Assembly: GCA_009914755.4 (NCBI GenBank)
Contig: CP086569.2
Coordinates: 48,352,001-48,416,000, forward strand
DNA from: the human T2T-CHM13v2.0 reference genome, Homo sapiens
DNA: 64,000 nucleotides
Direction of reading: 5' to 3'
In this document: one piece after another, positions 1 through 15,400 of the stretch
How positions within the stretch are numbered: the first letter of the stretch is position 1
How the letters are laid out: each line of letters opens with the position of its first letter
Translations under genes and position numbers: made by a program
Notes under the pieces: generated by a model
Database searches by the model: none
The model's input: only the letters and a program-made list of their open reading frames with translations
What the model was told of the DNA's origin: nothing

Positions 1-53
1 GGAATAAAATAGAATGAAAGAGAATCAAATGGAATTGAATCGAATGGAATCGA

Positions 54-3000
54 ATGGATTGGAAAGGAATAGAATGGAATGGAATGGAATGGACTCAAAT
101 GGAATGGACTAGAATGGAATGGATTCGAATGGAAGGCAAAGGAATGGAATCTATTGGAATGGACTGTAATGGAATGGAATGGAAGGGATTGGAATGGACT
201 CGAATGGAATGGACTGCAATAGAAAGTATTCGAATGGAATGAAAAAGAATTGAATGGAATAGAACAGAATGGAATCAAATCGAATGAAATGGAATGGAAT
301 AGAAAGGAATGGAATGAAATGGAATGGAAAGGATTCGAATGGAATGCAATCGAATGGAATGGAATCGAACGGAATGGAATAAAATGGAAGAAAACTGGCA
401 AGAAATGGAATCGAAATGAATGGAGTGTTATGGAACGGACTCAAAAGGAATTGAATGTAATAGAATGGAGTGGAGTGGACTCGAATATAATGGACTGGAA
501 TGGAATGAAATCACATGGAATGGGAACGAATGGAATGGAAAGGAATGGAATCGAATGGAAAGGAATCGAATGGAAGGGAATGAAATTGAATCAACAGGAA
601 TGGAAGGGAATAGAATAGACGGTAATGGAATGGACTCGAATAGAATGGACACGAATGCTCAAATTGAATGGACTCGAATGGAATGGAAACGAAAGGAATG
701 TCATCGAATGGAATTGAATCGATTGGAATGAAATCGCATAGAATGGAGTGGAATCAAATGGAATTGAATCGAAAGGAAAGGAAGCGAATGGACTGAAATG
801 AAATGGAATGGAATTGAATGGAAAGTAATGCAATGGAATAGAATGGAACGAAATTTCACGGAATGGAATCAAACTGAATGGAATCAAATCAATGGAATCA
901 AATCAAATGGAATGGAAAGGAATTGAATGGAGTAGATTGGATTGGATGGGATTGGAATGAAATGTACTGGAAAGGACTCGAATTTCATGAAACGGAATGG
1001 AATGAATTGGAACGGAATGGACTCGAATGGAATGGAATGTCATGGAATGGCATCAAATGGAATGGCATCAAATGGAATGGAATCGAATGCAATGGAATGC
1101 TATGGAATGGAATGGAATGCATTGGAATGGAATGTCCTCTAATGGAATGGATTCGAGTGGAATGGAATCGAATATAATGGAGTCGAATGAAATGGAATTG
1201 AAAGGAATGGGATCGAATACAATGGAATATACTGGAATGTAATGTAATGAACTAAAATGTAATTGACTGGAATGGAATGTACATGAATGGAATGTAATCG
1301 AATGGAAAGTAATCCAATGGAATAGAATCTAATGCAATAAAATCGACTCAGATAGAGTAGAATGTAATGGAATGGAGTGCAGTGCAATGGAATGGAATGG
1401 AATGGAATGGAATGGAATGGAATGGAATGGGATGGAATGGTATGGAATGGACAGTAATGGACTGGAGTGAAATGGACTGGAAAGGCATGGACTCAAATTG
1501 AAAGGGCTCGAAAGGAATAGAGACAAATGGAATGGTCTGGAATGGAATGAACACGAATGTAATGCAATCCAATAGAATGGAGTCGAATGGCATGGAATAT
1601 AAAGAAATGGAATCGAAGAGAATGGAAACAAATGGAATGGAATTGAATGGAATGGAATTGAATGGAATGGGAACGAATGGAGTGAAATTGTATGCAGTAG
1701 AAGAGAATAGAATGGAATGCAAGCGAAAGGAAAGGAATGGATTGGAATGGAATGGAATTCATTGGAATGGAAGGGAATGTAGTGTAATGGACAGGCCTGG
1801 AATAAAGTGGAATGCTAAGGTCTCGAATGGAATAAAAATGTATGGAATGGAATGCAATGAAACGGAATCGAATGTCATAGAATGTAATGGAATGCAAAAA
1901 AATGGAATCCAAAATCATTGACTGGAAAGGCTGGGTGTCGAAAGGAATTGACTCCAATGGAATGGAATCGAATGGAATGGAAGTGAATAGAATCGAACTA
2001 AATCGAATGGAATGGAATTGATAGGAACGGAATGGAAAGGAATGCAATGATTTGGCATGGAATGGAATCGAATGGCATCGAATGGAATGGAATGGAATGC
2101 AATGGAATGGAATGTATTAGAATGTAATGAACTTTAATGGAATGTACTCGAATGCATTCGACTGGAATGGAATTTTCTGGAAGTGAATGGACTCCAATGG
2201 AATGGATTCAAAAGGAATGGAATCTTACGGAATGGAATCTAATGGAATGGAATTAAATGGAAATGAATCAAATTGAATAGCACGGAATTGAATTGAATGG
2301 AATGGAATGCAATGAAATCTAATGAAACGGAAAGGAAAGGAATGGAATGGAATGGAATGGGCTGGAATGGAAAGGAATCGAAACGAATGGAATGGAATCG
2401 AACTGAAGAGACTGGAATGGAATGCACTGGAATGGAAGGGAGTGTAATGGAAGGTTCTCGAAAAAAATGGAATCGAATGGAATGGAATTGAATGGAAAGG
2501 AATAGAGTCGAATGGAATTGAATGGAATGGAATGGACTAGAGTGAAATGGAATCGAACCACAAGGAATGGACAGGAATAGAATGGTCTCGAATTGAATGG
2601 GATCGTATGGAATGGCATCAAACGGAATGGAATGGACAGCCACGGAATGGAATGCACTCGAATGCAATGGAGTCGAAACTAATGGACTGGAATAGAATGG
2701 ACTCGACTGGTACGGACTCCAATGGAATGGAATCGAATGGAAGGGAATCGAACGGAATGGACTCGAAGGGAAAAGACTGCAATGGAAAGGTCTCGAATGG
2801 AATGGAAATTAATGGAATGGAATGGAATCGAATGAAATGGAGTCAAAAGGAATGGAATCGAATGGCAAGAAATCGAATGTAATGGAATCAAAAGGAATTG
2901 ATGTGAACGGAACGGAATGGAATGGAATCCAAAGGAATGGAATAGAATGGAATGGAATCGAATGGAAAGGACTCGAATGGAAATCACTCGAATAGAATGC

Positions 3001-3577
3001 AATTTAATAAAATAGGATCAAATGTAATGGAATGGAATGGAAGGGAATCGAAACGAAAGGAATGGAGACAGATGGAATGGAATGGAAGAGAGAGCAATGG
3101 TATAGAATGGAATGGAATCATCTGGAATGGAATTGAATGGAATGGAATAATATGAAATGGAATGGAATGGAATGGAATGGAATGCCCTTGAATTAAATGG
3201 ACTGGACTCGAACAGAGTGGAATGGAAAGTGTTGAGATAGAATGGAATGGACTCCTTTGGAATGGTGTAGTATGCAATGCAATCGACTGGCATGGAATCA
3301 AAAGGAATGTAATGGAATGGATTGGACTGGAATGCAATGGACTCGAATAGATTGGAAACGGAATGCAAAGGAATGGAATGGAATAGTATGGAATTTAATG
3401 GAAAGGAATGGAGTGGAATAGACTAGAGTGGAATGGAATGGACTGGAAAGCAATGGACTGGAATGGAACATTCTTGAATGGACTGGAATCAAACGGAATG
3501 GAATGCAATGCAATCAAATGGCATGGAATAAAATAGAATGAAAGAGAATCAAATGGAATTGAATCGAATGGAATCGA
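54..3577 (+). repeat. HSat3 HOR unit 1 (3524 bp; arbitrary phase anchored on motif atggattggaaaggaatagaatgg). Bases 1-53 are the tail of the preceding unit.
   Basis: Anchor motif at 54 and 3578. Slightly short because of pentamer copy-number differences (for example a 5-bp loss near 520-540 relative to unit 2). Confidence 0.75.
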
Positions 3578-6500
3578 ATGGATTGGAAAGGAATAGAATG
3601 GAATGGAATGGAATTGACTCAAATGGAATGGACTAGAATGGAATGGATTCGAATGGAAGGCAAAGGAATGGAATCTACTGGAATGGACTGTAATGGAATG
3701 GAATGGAAGGGATTGGAATGGACTCGAATGGAATGGACTGCAATAGAAAGGATTCGAATGGAATGAAAAAGAATTGAATGGAATAGAACAGAATGGAATC
3801 AAATCGAATGAAATGGAATGGAATAGAAAGGAATGGAATGAAATGGAATGGAAAGGATTCGAATGGAATGCAATCGAATGGAATGGAATCGACCGGAATG
3901 GAATAAAATGGAAGAAAACTGGCAAGAAATGGAATCGAAATGAATGGAGTGTTATGGAACGGACTCAAAAGGAATTGAATGTAATAGAATGGAGTGGAGT
4001 GGACTCGAATATAATGGACCGGAATGGAATGAAATCACATGGAATGGGAACGAATGGAATGGAATGGAAAGGAATGGAATCGAATGGAAAGGAATCGAAT
4101 GGAAGGGAATGAAATTGAATCAACAGGAATGGAAGGGAATAGAATAGACGGTAATGGAATGGACTCGAATAGAATGGACACGAATGCTCAAATTGAATGG
4201 ACTCGAATGGAATGGAAACGAAAGGAATGTCATCGAATGGAATTGAATCGATTGGAATGAAATCGCATAGAATGGAGTGGAATCAAATGGAATTGAATCG
4301 AAAGGAAAGGAAGCGAATGGACTGAAATGAAATGGAATTGAATTGAATGGAAAGTAATGCAATGGAATAGAATGGAACGAAATTTCACGGAATGGAATCA
4401 AACTGAATGGAATCAAATCAATGGAATCAAATCAAATGGAATGGAAAGGAATTGAATGGAGTAGATTGGATTGGATGGGATTGGAATGAAATGTACTGGA
4501 AAGGACTCGAATTTCATGAAACGGAATGGAATGAATTGGAACGGAATGGACTCGAATGGAATGGAATGTCATGGAATGGCATCAAATGGAATGGCATCAA
4601 ATGGAATGGAATCGAATGCAATGGAATGCTATGGAATGGAATGGAATGCATTGGAATGGAATGTCCTCTAATGGAATGGATTCGAGTGGAATGGAATCGA
4701 ATATAATGGAGTCGAATGAAATGGAATTGAAAGGAATGGGATCGAATACAATGGAATATACTGGAATGTAATGTAATGAACTCGAATGTAATTGACTGGA
4801 ATGGAATGTACATGAATGGAATGTAATCGAATGGAAAGTAATCCAATGGAATAGAATCTAATGCAATAAAATCGACTCAGATAGAGTAGAATGTAATGGA
4901 ATGGAGTGCAGTGCAATGGAATGGAAAGGAATGGAATGCAATGGAATGGAATGGAATGGAATGGAATGGAATGGAATGGAATGGAATGGTGTGGAATGGA
5001 TAGTAATGGACTGGAGTGAAATGGACTGGAAAGGAATGGACTCAAATTGAAAGGGCTCGAAAGGAATGGAGTCAAATGGAATGGTCTGGAATGGAATGAA
5101 CACGAATGTAATGCAATCCAATAGAATGGAATCGAATGGCATGGAATATAAAGAAATGGAATCGAAGAGAATGGAAACAAATGGAATGGAATTGAGTGGA
5201 ACGGAATTGAATGGAATGGGAACGAATGGAGTGAAATTGTATGCAGTAGAAGAGAATAGAATGGAATGCAAGCGAAAGGAAAGGAATGGATTGGAATGGA
5301 ATGGAATTCATTGGAATGGAAGGGAATGTAGTGTAATGGACAGGCCTGGAATAAAGTGGAATGCTACGGTCTCGAATGGAATAAAAATGTATGGAATGGA
5401 ATGCAATGAAACGGAATCGAATGTCATAGAATGTAATGGAATGCAAAAAAATGGAATCCAAAATCATTGACTGGAAAGGCTGGGTGTCGAAAGGAATTGA
5501 CTCCAATGGAATGGAATCGAATGGAATGGAAGTGAATAGAATCGAACTAAATCGAATGGAATGGAATTGATAGGAACGGAATGGAAAGGAATGCAATGAT
5601 TTGGCATGGAATGGAATCGAATGGCATCGAATGGAATGGAATGGAATGCAATGGAATGGAATGTATTAGAATGTAATGAACTTTAATGGAATGTACTCGA
5701 ATGGATTCGACTGGAATGGAATGTTCTGGAAGTGAATGGACTCCAATGGAATGGATTCAAAAGGAATGGAATCGTACGGAATGGAATCTAATGGAATGGA
5801 ATTAAATGGAAATGAATCAAATTGAATAGCACGGAATTGAATTGAATGAAATGGAATGCAATGGAATCTAATGAAACGGAAAGGAAAGGAATGGAATGGA
5901 ATGGAATGGGCTGGAATGGAAAGGAATCGAAACGAATGGAATGGAATCGAACTGAAGAGACTGGAATGGAATGCACTGGAATGGAAGGGAGTGTAATGGA
6001 AGGTTCTCGAAAAAAATGCAATCGAATGGAATGGAATTGAATGGAACGGAATAGAGTCGAATGGAATTGAATGGAATGGAATGGACTAGAGTGAAATGGA
6101 ATCGAACCACAAGGAATGGACAGGAATAGAATGGTCTCGAATTGAATGGAATCGTATGGAATGGCATCAAACGGAATGGAATGGACAGCCACGGAATGGA
6201 ATGCACTCGAATGCAATGGAGTCGAAACTAATGGACTGGAATAGAATGGACTCGACTGGTACGGACTCCAATGGAATGGAATCGAATGGAAGGGAATCGA
6301 ACGGAATGGACTCGAAGGGAAAAGACTGCAATGGAAAGGTCTCGAATGGAATGGAAATTAATGGAATGGAATGGAATCGAATGAAATGGAGTCAAAAGGA
6401 ATGGAATCGAATGGCAAGAAATCGAATGTAATGGAATCGCAAGGAATTGATGTGAACGGAACGGAATGGAATGGAATCCAAAGGAATGGAATAGAATGGA

Positions 6501-7136
6501 ATGGAATCGAATGGAAAGGACTCGAATGGAAATCACTCGAATAGAATGCAATTTAATAAAATAGGATCAAATGTAATGGAATGGAATGGAAAGGAATCGA
6601 AACGAAAGGAATGGAGACAGATGGAATGGAATGGAACAGAGAGCAATGGTATAGAATGGAATGGAATCATCTGGAATGGAATTGAATGGAATGGAATAAT
6701 ATGAAATGGAATGGAATGGAATGGAATGGAATGCCCTTGAATTAAATGGACTGGAATGGAATGGACTCGAACAGAGTGGAATGGAAAGTGTTGAGATAGA
6801 ATGGAATGGACTCCTTTGGAATGGTCTAGTATGCAATGCAATCGACTGGCAGGGAATCAAAAGGAATGTAATGGAATGGATTGGACTGGAATGCAATGGA
6901 CTCGAATAGATTGGAAACGGAATGCAAAGGAATGGAATGGAATAGTATGGAATGGAATGGAAAGGAATGGAGTGGAATAGACTAGAGTGGAATGGAATGG
7001 ACTGGAAAGCAATGGACTGGAATGGAACTTTCTTGAATGGACTGGAATCAAACGGAATGGAATGCAATGCAATCAAATGGCATGGAATAAAATAGAATGA
7101 AAGAGAATCAAATGGAATTGAATCGAATGGAATCGA
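3578..7136 (+). repeat. HSat3 HOR unit 2 (3559 bp)
   Basis: Anchor-to-anchor distance; near-identity with neighbouring units. Confidence 0.75.
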
Positions 7137-8590
7137 ATGGATTGGAAAGGAATAGAATGGAATGGAATGGAATTGACTCAAATGGAATGGACTAGAATGG
7201 AATGGATTCGAATGGAAGGCAAAGGAATGGAATCTATTGGAATGGACTGTAATGGAATGGAATGGAAGGGATTGGAATGGACTCGAATGGAATGGACTGC
7301 AATAGAAAGGATTCGAATGGAATGAAAAAGAATTGAATGGAATAGAACAGAATGGAATCAAATCGAATGAAATGGAATGGAATAGAAAGGAATGGAATGA
7401 AATGGAATGGAAAGGATTCGAATGGAATGCAATCGAATGGAATGGAATCGAACGGAATGGAATAAAATGGAAGAAAACTGGCAAGAAATGGAATCGAAAT
7501 GAATGGAGTGTTATGGAACGGACTCAAAAGGAATTGAATGTAATAGAATGGAGTGGAGTGGACTCGAATATAATGGACTGGAATGGAATGAAATCACATG
7601 GAATGGGAACGAATGGAATGGAATGGAAAGGAATGGAATCGAATGGAAAGGAATCGAATGGAAGGGAATGAAATTGAATCAACAGGAATGGAAGGGAATA
7701 GAATAGACGGTAATGGAATGGACTCGAATAGAATGGACACGAATGCTCAATTTGAATGGACTCGAATGGAATGGAAACGAAAGGAATGTCATCGAATGGA
7801 ATTGAATCGATTGGAAAGAAATCGCATAGAATGGAGTGGAATCAAATGGAATTGAATCGAAAGGAAAGGAAGCGAATGGACTGAAATGAAATGGAATGGA
7901 ATTGAATGGAAAGTAATGCAATGGAATAGAATGGAACGAAATTTCACGGAATGGAATCAAACTGAATGGAATCAAATCAATGGAATCTAATCAAATGGAA
8001 TGGAAAGGAATTGAATGGAGTAGATTGGATTGGATGGGATTGGAATGAAATGTACTGGAAAGGACTCGAATTTCATGAAACGGAATGGAATGAATTGGAA
8101 CGGAATGGACTCGAATGGAATGGAATGTCATGGAATGGCATCAAATGGAATGGCATCAAATGGAATGGAATCGAATGCAATGGAATGTTATGGAATGGAA
8201 TGGAATGCATTGGAATGGAATGTCCTCTAATGGAATGGATTCGAGTGGAATGGAATCGAATATAATGGAGTCGAATGAAATGGAATTGAAAGGAATGGGA
8301 TCGAATAGAATGGAATATACTGGAATGTAATGTAATGAACTCGAATGTAATTGACTGGAATGGAATGTACATGAATGGAAGGTAATCGAATGGAAAGTAA
8401 TCCAATGGAATAGAATCTAATGCAATAAAACCGACTCAGATAGAGTAGAATGTAATGGAATGGAGTGCAGTGCAATGGAATGGAATGGAATTGAATGCAA
8501 TGGAATGGAATGGAATGGAATGGAATGGAATGGAATGGGATGGAATGGTATGGAATGGATAGTAATGGACTGGAGTGAAATGGACTGGAA

Positions 8591-10314
8591 AGGAATGGAC
8601 TCAAATTGAAAGGGCTCGAAAGGAATGGAGTCAAATGGAATGGTCTGGAATGGAATGAACACGAATGTAATGCAATCCAATAGAATGGAATCGAATGGCA
8701 TGGAATATAAAGAAATGGATTCGAAGAGAATGGAAACAAATGGAATGGAATTGAATGGAATGGAATTGAATGGAATGGGAACGAATGGAGTGAAATTGTA
8801 TGCAGTAGAAGGGAATAGAATGGAATGCAAGCGAAAGGAAAGGAATGGATTGGAATGGAATGGAATTCATTGGAATGGAAGGGAATGTAGTGTAATGGAC
8901 AGGCCTGGAATAAAGTGGAATGCTACAGTCTCGAATGGAATAAAAATGTATGGAATGGAATGCAATGAAACGGAATCGAATGTCATAGAATGTAATGGAA
9001 TGCAACAAAATGGAATCCAAAATCATTGACTGGAAAGGCTGGGTGTCGAAAGGAATTGACTCCAATGGAATGGAATCGAATGGAATGGAAGTGAATAGAA
9101 TCGAACTAAATCGAATGGAATGGAATTGATAGGAACGGAATGGAAAGGAATGCAATGATTTGGCATGGAATGGAATCGAATGGCATCGAATGGAATGGAA
9201 TGGAATGCAATGGAATGGAATGTATTAGAATGTAATGAACTTTAATGGAATGTACTCGAATGGATTCGACTGGAATGGAATGTTCTGGAAGTGAATGGAC
9301 TCCAACGGAATGGATTCCAAAGGAATGGAATCGTACGGAATGGAATCTAATGGAATGGAATTAAATGGAAATGAATCAAATTGAATAGCACGGAATTGAA
9401 TTGAATGGAATGGAATGCAATGGAATCTAATGAAACGGAAAGGAAAGGAATGGAATGGAATGGAATGGGCTGGAATGGAAAGGAATCGAAACGAATGGAA
9501 TGGAATCGAACTGAAGAGACTGGAATGGAATGCACTGGAATGGAAGGGAGTGTAATGGAAGGTTCTCGAAAAAAATGGAATCGAATGGAATGGAATTGAA
9601 TGGAACGGAATAGAGTCGAATGGAATTGAATGGAATGGAATGGACTAGAGTGAAATGGAATCGAACCACAAGGAATGGACAGGAATAGAATGGTCTCGAA
9701 TTGAATGGAATCGTATGGAATGGCATCAAACGGAATGGAATGGACAGCCACGGAATGGAATGCACTCGAATGCAATGGAGTCGAAACTAATGGACTGGAA
9801 TAGAATGGACTCGACTGGTACGGACTCCAATGGAATGGAATCGAATGGAAGGGAATCGAACGGAATGGACTCGAAGGGAAAAGACTGCAATGGAAAGGTC
9901 TCGAATGGAATGGAAATTAATGGAATGGAATGGAATCGAATGAAATGGAGTCAAAAGGAATGGAATCGAATGGCAAGAAATCGAATGTAATGGAATCGCA
10001 AGGAATTGATGTGAACGGAACGGAATGGAATGGAATCCAAAGGAATGGAATAGAATGGAATGGAATCGAATGGAAAGGACTCGAATGGAAATCACTCGAA
10101 TAGAATGCAATTTAATAAAATAGGATCAAATGTAATGGAATGGAATGGAAAGGAATCGAAACGAAAGGAATGGAGACAGATGGAATGGAATGGAAAAGAG
10201 AGCAATGGTATAGAATGGAATGGAATCATCTGGAATGGAATTGAATGGAATGGAATAATATGAAATGGAATGGAATGGAATGGAATGGAATGCCCTTGAA
10301 TTAAATGGACTGGA
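8591..10314 (+). repeat. Source copy of the 1724-bp intra-HOR tandem duplication
   Basis: Direct comparison: 10291-10314 'tgcccttgaattaaatggactgga' is followed at 10315 by 'aaggaatggactcaaattgaaagggctcgaaaggaatggag', which is the sequence found at 8591. There is 6-bp microhomology 'ctggaa' at both breakpoints (8585-8590 and 10309-10314). Confidence 0.75.
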
Positions 10315-12038
10315 AAGGAATGGACTCAAATTGAAAGGGCTCGAAAGGAATGGAGACAAATGGAATGGTCTGGAATGGAATGAACACGAATGTAATGCAA
10401 TCCAATAGAATGGAGTCGAATGGCATGGAATATAAAGAAATGGAATCGAAGAGAATGGAAACAAATGGAATGGAATTGAATGGAATGGAATTGAATGGAA
10501 TGGGAACGAATGGAGTGAAATTGTATGCAGTAGAAGAGAATAGAATGGAATGCAAGCGAAAGGAAAGGAATGGATTGGAATGGAATGGAATTCATTGGAA
10601 TGGAAGGGAATGTAGTGTAATGGACAGGCCTGGAATAAAGTGGAATGCTACGGTCTCGAATGGAATAAAAATGTATGGAATGGAATGCAATGAAACGGAA
10701 TCGAATGTCATAGAATGTAATGGAATGCAAAAAAATGGAATCCAAAATCATTGACTGGAAAGGCTGGGTGTCGAAAGGAATTGACTCCAATGGAATGGAA
10801 TCGAATGGAATGGAAGTGAATAGAATCGAACTAAATCGAATGGAATGGAATTGATAGGAACGGAATGGAAAGGAATGCAATGATTTGGCACGGAATGGAA
10901 TCGAATGGCATCGAATGGAATGGAATGGAATGCAATGGAATGGAACGTATTAGAATGTAATGAACTTTAATGGAATGTACTCGAATGGATTCGACTGGAA
11001 TGGAATGTTCTGGAAGTGAATGGACTCCAATGGAATGGATTCAAAAGGAATGGAATCGTACGGAATGGAATCTAATGGAATGGAATTAAATGGAAATGAA
11101 TCAAATTGAATAGCATGGAATTGAATTGAATGGAATGGAATGCAATGGAATCTAATGAAACGGAAAGGAAAGGAATGGAATGGAATGGGCTGGAATGGAA
11201 AGGAATCGAAACGAATGGAATGGAATCGAACTGAAGAGACTGGAATGGAATGCACTGGAATGGAAGGGAGTGTAATGGAAGGTTCTCGAAAAAAATGGAA
11301 TCGAATGGAATGGAATTGAATGGAACGGAATAGAGTCGAATGGAATTGAATGGAATGGAATGGACTAGAGTGAAATGGAATCGAACCACAAGGAATGGAC
11401 AGGAATAGAATGGTCTCGAATTGAATGGAATCGTATGGAATGGCATCAAACGGAATGGAATGGACAGCCACGGAATGGAATGCACTCGAATGCAATGGAG
11501 TCGAAACTAATGGACTGGAATAGAATGGACTCGACTGGTACGGACTCCAATGGAATGGAATCGAATGGAAGGGAATCGAACGGAATGGACTCGAAGGGAA
11601 AAGACTGCAATGGAAAGGTCTCGAATGGAATGGAAATTAATGGAATGGAATGGAATCGAATGAAATGGAGTCAAAAGGAATGGAATCGAATGGCAAGAAA
11701 TCGAATGTAATGGAATCGCAAGGAATTGATGTGAACGGAACGGAATGGAATGGAATCCAAAGGAATGGAATAGAATGGAATGGAATCGAATGGAAAGGAC
11801 TCGAATGGAAATCACTCGAATAGAATGCAATTTAATAAAATAGGACCAAATGTAATGGAATGGAATGGAAAGGAATCGAAACGAAAGGAATGGAGACAGA
11901 TGGAATGGAATGGAACAGAGAGCAATGGTATAGAATGGAATGGAATCATCTGGAATGGAATTGAATGGAATGGAATAATATGAAATGGAATGGAATGGAA
12001 TGGAATGGAATGCCCTTGAATTAAATGGACTGGAATGG
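10315..12038 (+). repeat. Duplicate copy of the 1724-bp intra-HOR segment
   Basis: Colinear with 8591-10314. The normal HOR continuation ('ttaaatggactggaatggaatggactcgaacagagtgg') resumes at ~12020-12060. Confidence 0.75.
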
Positions 12039-12415
12039 AATGGACTCGAACAGAGTGGAATGGAAAGTGTTGAGATAGAATGGAATGGACTCGTTTGGAA
12101 TGGTCTAGTAGGCAATGCAATCGACTGGCAGGGAATCAAAAGGAATGTAATCGAATGGATTGGACTGGAATGCAATGGACTCGAATAGATTGCAAACGGA
12201 ATGCAAAGGAATGGAATGGAATAGTATGGAATGGAATGGAAAGGAATGGAGTGGAATAGACTAGAGTGGAATGGAATGGACTGGAAAGAAATGGACTGGA
12301 ATGGAACTTTCTTGAATGGACAGGAATCAAACGGAATGGAATGCAATGCAATCAAATGGCATGGAATAAAATAGAATGAAAGAGAATCAAATGGAATTGA
12401 ATCGAATGGAATCGA

Positions 12416-15400
12416 ATGGATTGGAAAGGAATAGAATGGAATGGAATGGAATTGACTCAAATGGAATGGACTAGAATGGAATGGATTCGAATGGAAGGCA
12501 AAGTAATGGAATCTATTGGAATGGACTGTAATGGAATGGAATGGAAGGGATTGGAATGGACTCGAATGGAATGGACTGCAATAGAAAGGATTCGAATGGA
12601 ATGAAAAAGAATTGAATGGAATAGAACAGAATGGAATCAAATCGAATGAAATGGAATGGAATAGAAAGGAATGGAATGAAATGGAATGGAAAGGATTCGA
12701 ATGGAATGCAATCGAATGGAATGGAATCGAACGGAATGGAATAAAATGGAAGAAAACTGGCAAGAAATGGAATCGAAATGAATGGAGTGTTATGGAACGG
12801 ACTCAAAAGGAATTGAATGTAATATAATGGAGTGGAGTGGACTCGAATATAATGGACTGGAATGGAATGAAATCACATGGAATGGGAACGAATGGAATGG
12901 AATGGAAAGGAATGGAATCGAATGGAAAGGAATCGAATGGAAGGGAATGAAATTGAATCAACAGGAATGGAAGGGAATAGAATAGACGGTAATGGAATGG
13001 ACTCGAATAGAATGGACACGAATGCTCAAATTGAATGGACTCGAATGGAATGGAAACGAAAGGAATGTCATCGAATGGAATTGAATCGATTGGAATGAAA
13101 TCGCACAGAATGGAGTGGAATCAAATGGAATTGAATCGAAAGGAAAGGAAGCAAATGGACTGAAATGAAATGGAATGGAATTGAATGGAAAGTTATGTAA
13201 TGGAATACAATGGAACGAAATTTCACGGAATGGAATCAAACTGAATGGAATCAAATCAATGGAATCAAATCAAATGGAATGGAAAGGAATTGAATGGAGT
13301 AGATTGGATGGGATGGGATTGGAATGAAATGTACTGGAAAGGACTCGAATTTCATGAAACGGAATGGAATGAATTGGAACGGAATGGACTCGAATGGAAT
13401 GGAATGTCAGGGAATGGCATCAAATGGAATGGCATCAAATGGAATGGAATCGAATGCAATGGAATGCTATGGAATGGAATGGAATGCATTGGAATGGAAT
13501 GTCCTCTAATGGAATGGATTCGAGTGGAATGGAATCGAATATAATGGAGTCGAATGAAATGGAATTGAAAGGAATAGGATCGAATACAATGGAATATACT
13601 GGAATGTAATTTAATGAACTCGAATGTAATTGACTGGAATGGAATGTACATGAATGGAATGTAATCGAATGGAAAGTAATCCAATGGAATAGATTCTAAT
13701 GCAATAAAATCGACTCAGATAGAGTAGAATGTAATGGAATGGAGTGCAGTGCAATGGAATGGAATGGAATGGAATGCAATGGAATGGAATGGAATGGAAT
13801 GGAATGGAATGGAATGGAATGGAATGGAATGGAATGGAATGGTGTGGAATGGATAGTAATGGACTGGAGTGAAATGGACTGGAAAGGAATGGACTCAAAT
13901 TGAAAGGGCTCGAAAGGAATGGAATCAAATGGAATGGTCTGGAATGGAATGAACACGAATGTAATGCAATCCAATAGAATGGAATCGAATGGCATGGAAT
14001 ATAAAGAAATGGAATCGAAGAGAATGGAAACAAATGGAATGGAATTGAGTGGAATGGAATTGAATGGAATGGGAACGAATGGAGTGAAATTGTATGCAGT
14101 AGAAGAGAATAGAATGGAATGCAAGCGAAAGGAAAGGAATGGATTGGAATGGAATGGAATTCATTGGAATGGAAGGGAATGTAGTGTAATGGACAGGCCT
14201 GGAATAAAGTGGAATGCTACGGTCTCGAATGGAATAAAAATGTATGGAATGGAATGCAATGAAACGGAATCGAATGTCATAGAATGTAATGGAATGCAAA
14301 AAAATGGAATCCAAAATCATTGACTGGAAAGGCTGGGTGTCGAAAGGAATTGACTCCAATGGAATGGAATCGAATGGAATGGAAGTGAATAGAATCGAAC
14401 TAAATCGAATGGAATGGAATTGATAGGAACGGAATGGAAAGGAATGCAATGATTTGGCACGGAATGGAATCGAATGGCATCGAATGGAATGGAATGGAAT
14501 GCAATGGAATGGAACGTATTAGAATGTAATGAACTTTAATGGAATGTACTCGAATGGATTCGACTGGAATGGAATGTTCTGGAAGTGAATGGACTCCAAT
14601 GGAATGGATTCAAAAGGAATGGAATCGTACGGAATGGAATCTAATGGAATGGAATTAAATGGAAATGAATCAAATTGAATAGCATGGAATTGAATTGAAT
14701 GGAATGGAATGCAATGGAATCTAATGAAACGGAAAGGAAAGGAATGGAATGGAATGGGCTGGAATGGAAAGGAATCGAAACGAATGGAATGGAATCGAAC
14801 TGAAGAGACTGGAATGGAATGCACTGGAATGGAAGGGAGTGTAATGGAAGGTTCTCGAAAAAAATGGAATCGAATGGAATGGAATTGAATGGAACGGAAT
14901 AGAGTCGAATGGAATTGAATGGAATGGAATGGACTAGAGTGAAATGGAATCGAACCACAAGGAATGGACAGGAATAGAATGGTCTCGAATTGAATGGAAT
15001 CGTATGGAATGGCATCAAACGGAATGGAATGGACAGCCACGGAATGGAATGCACTCGAATGCAATGGAGTCGAAACTAATGGACTGGAATAGAATGGACT
15101 CGACTGGTACGGACTCCAATGGAATGGAATCGAATGGAAGGGAATCGAACGGAATGGACTCGAAGGGAAAAGACTGCAATGGAAAGGTCTCGAATGGAAT
15201 GGAAATTAATGGAATGGAATGGAATCGAATGAAATGGAGTCAAAAGGAATGGAATCGAATGGCAAGAAATCGAATGTAATGGAATCGCAAGGAATTGATG
15301 TGAACGGAACGGAATGGAATGGAATCCAAAGGAATGGAATAGAATGGAATGGAATCGAATGGAAAGGACTCGAATGGAAATCACTCGAATAGAATGCAAT

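Larger units (their letters stand above)
7137..12415 (+). repeat. HSat3 HOR unit 3, 5279-bp variant carrying an internal 1.72-kb tandem duplication
   Basis: The anchor spacing is 5279 rather than ~3559. The ORF-track motif MESNGMVWNG at 8625 recurs at 10350 (METNGMVWNG), MESNHKEWTG at 9655 recurs at 11375, and MESNGKDSNG at 10060 recurs at 11780. Sequence 10315-12038 re-reads 8591-10314. Confidence 0.8.
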
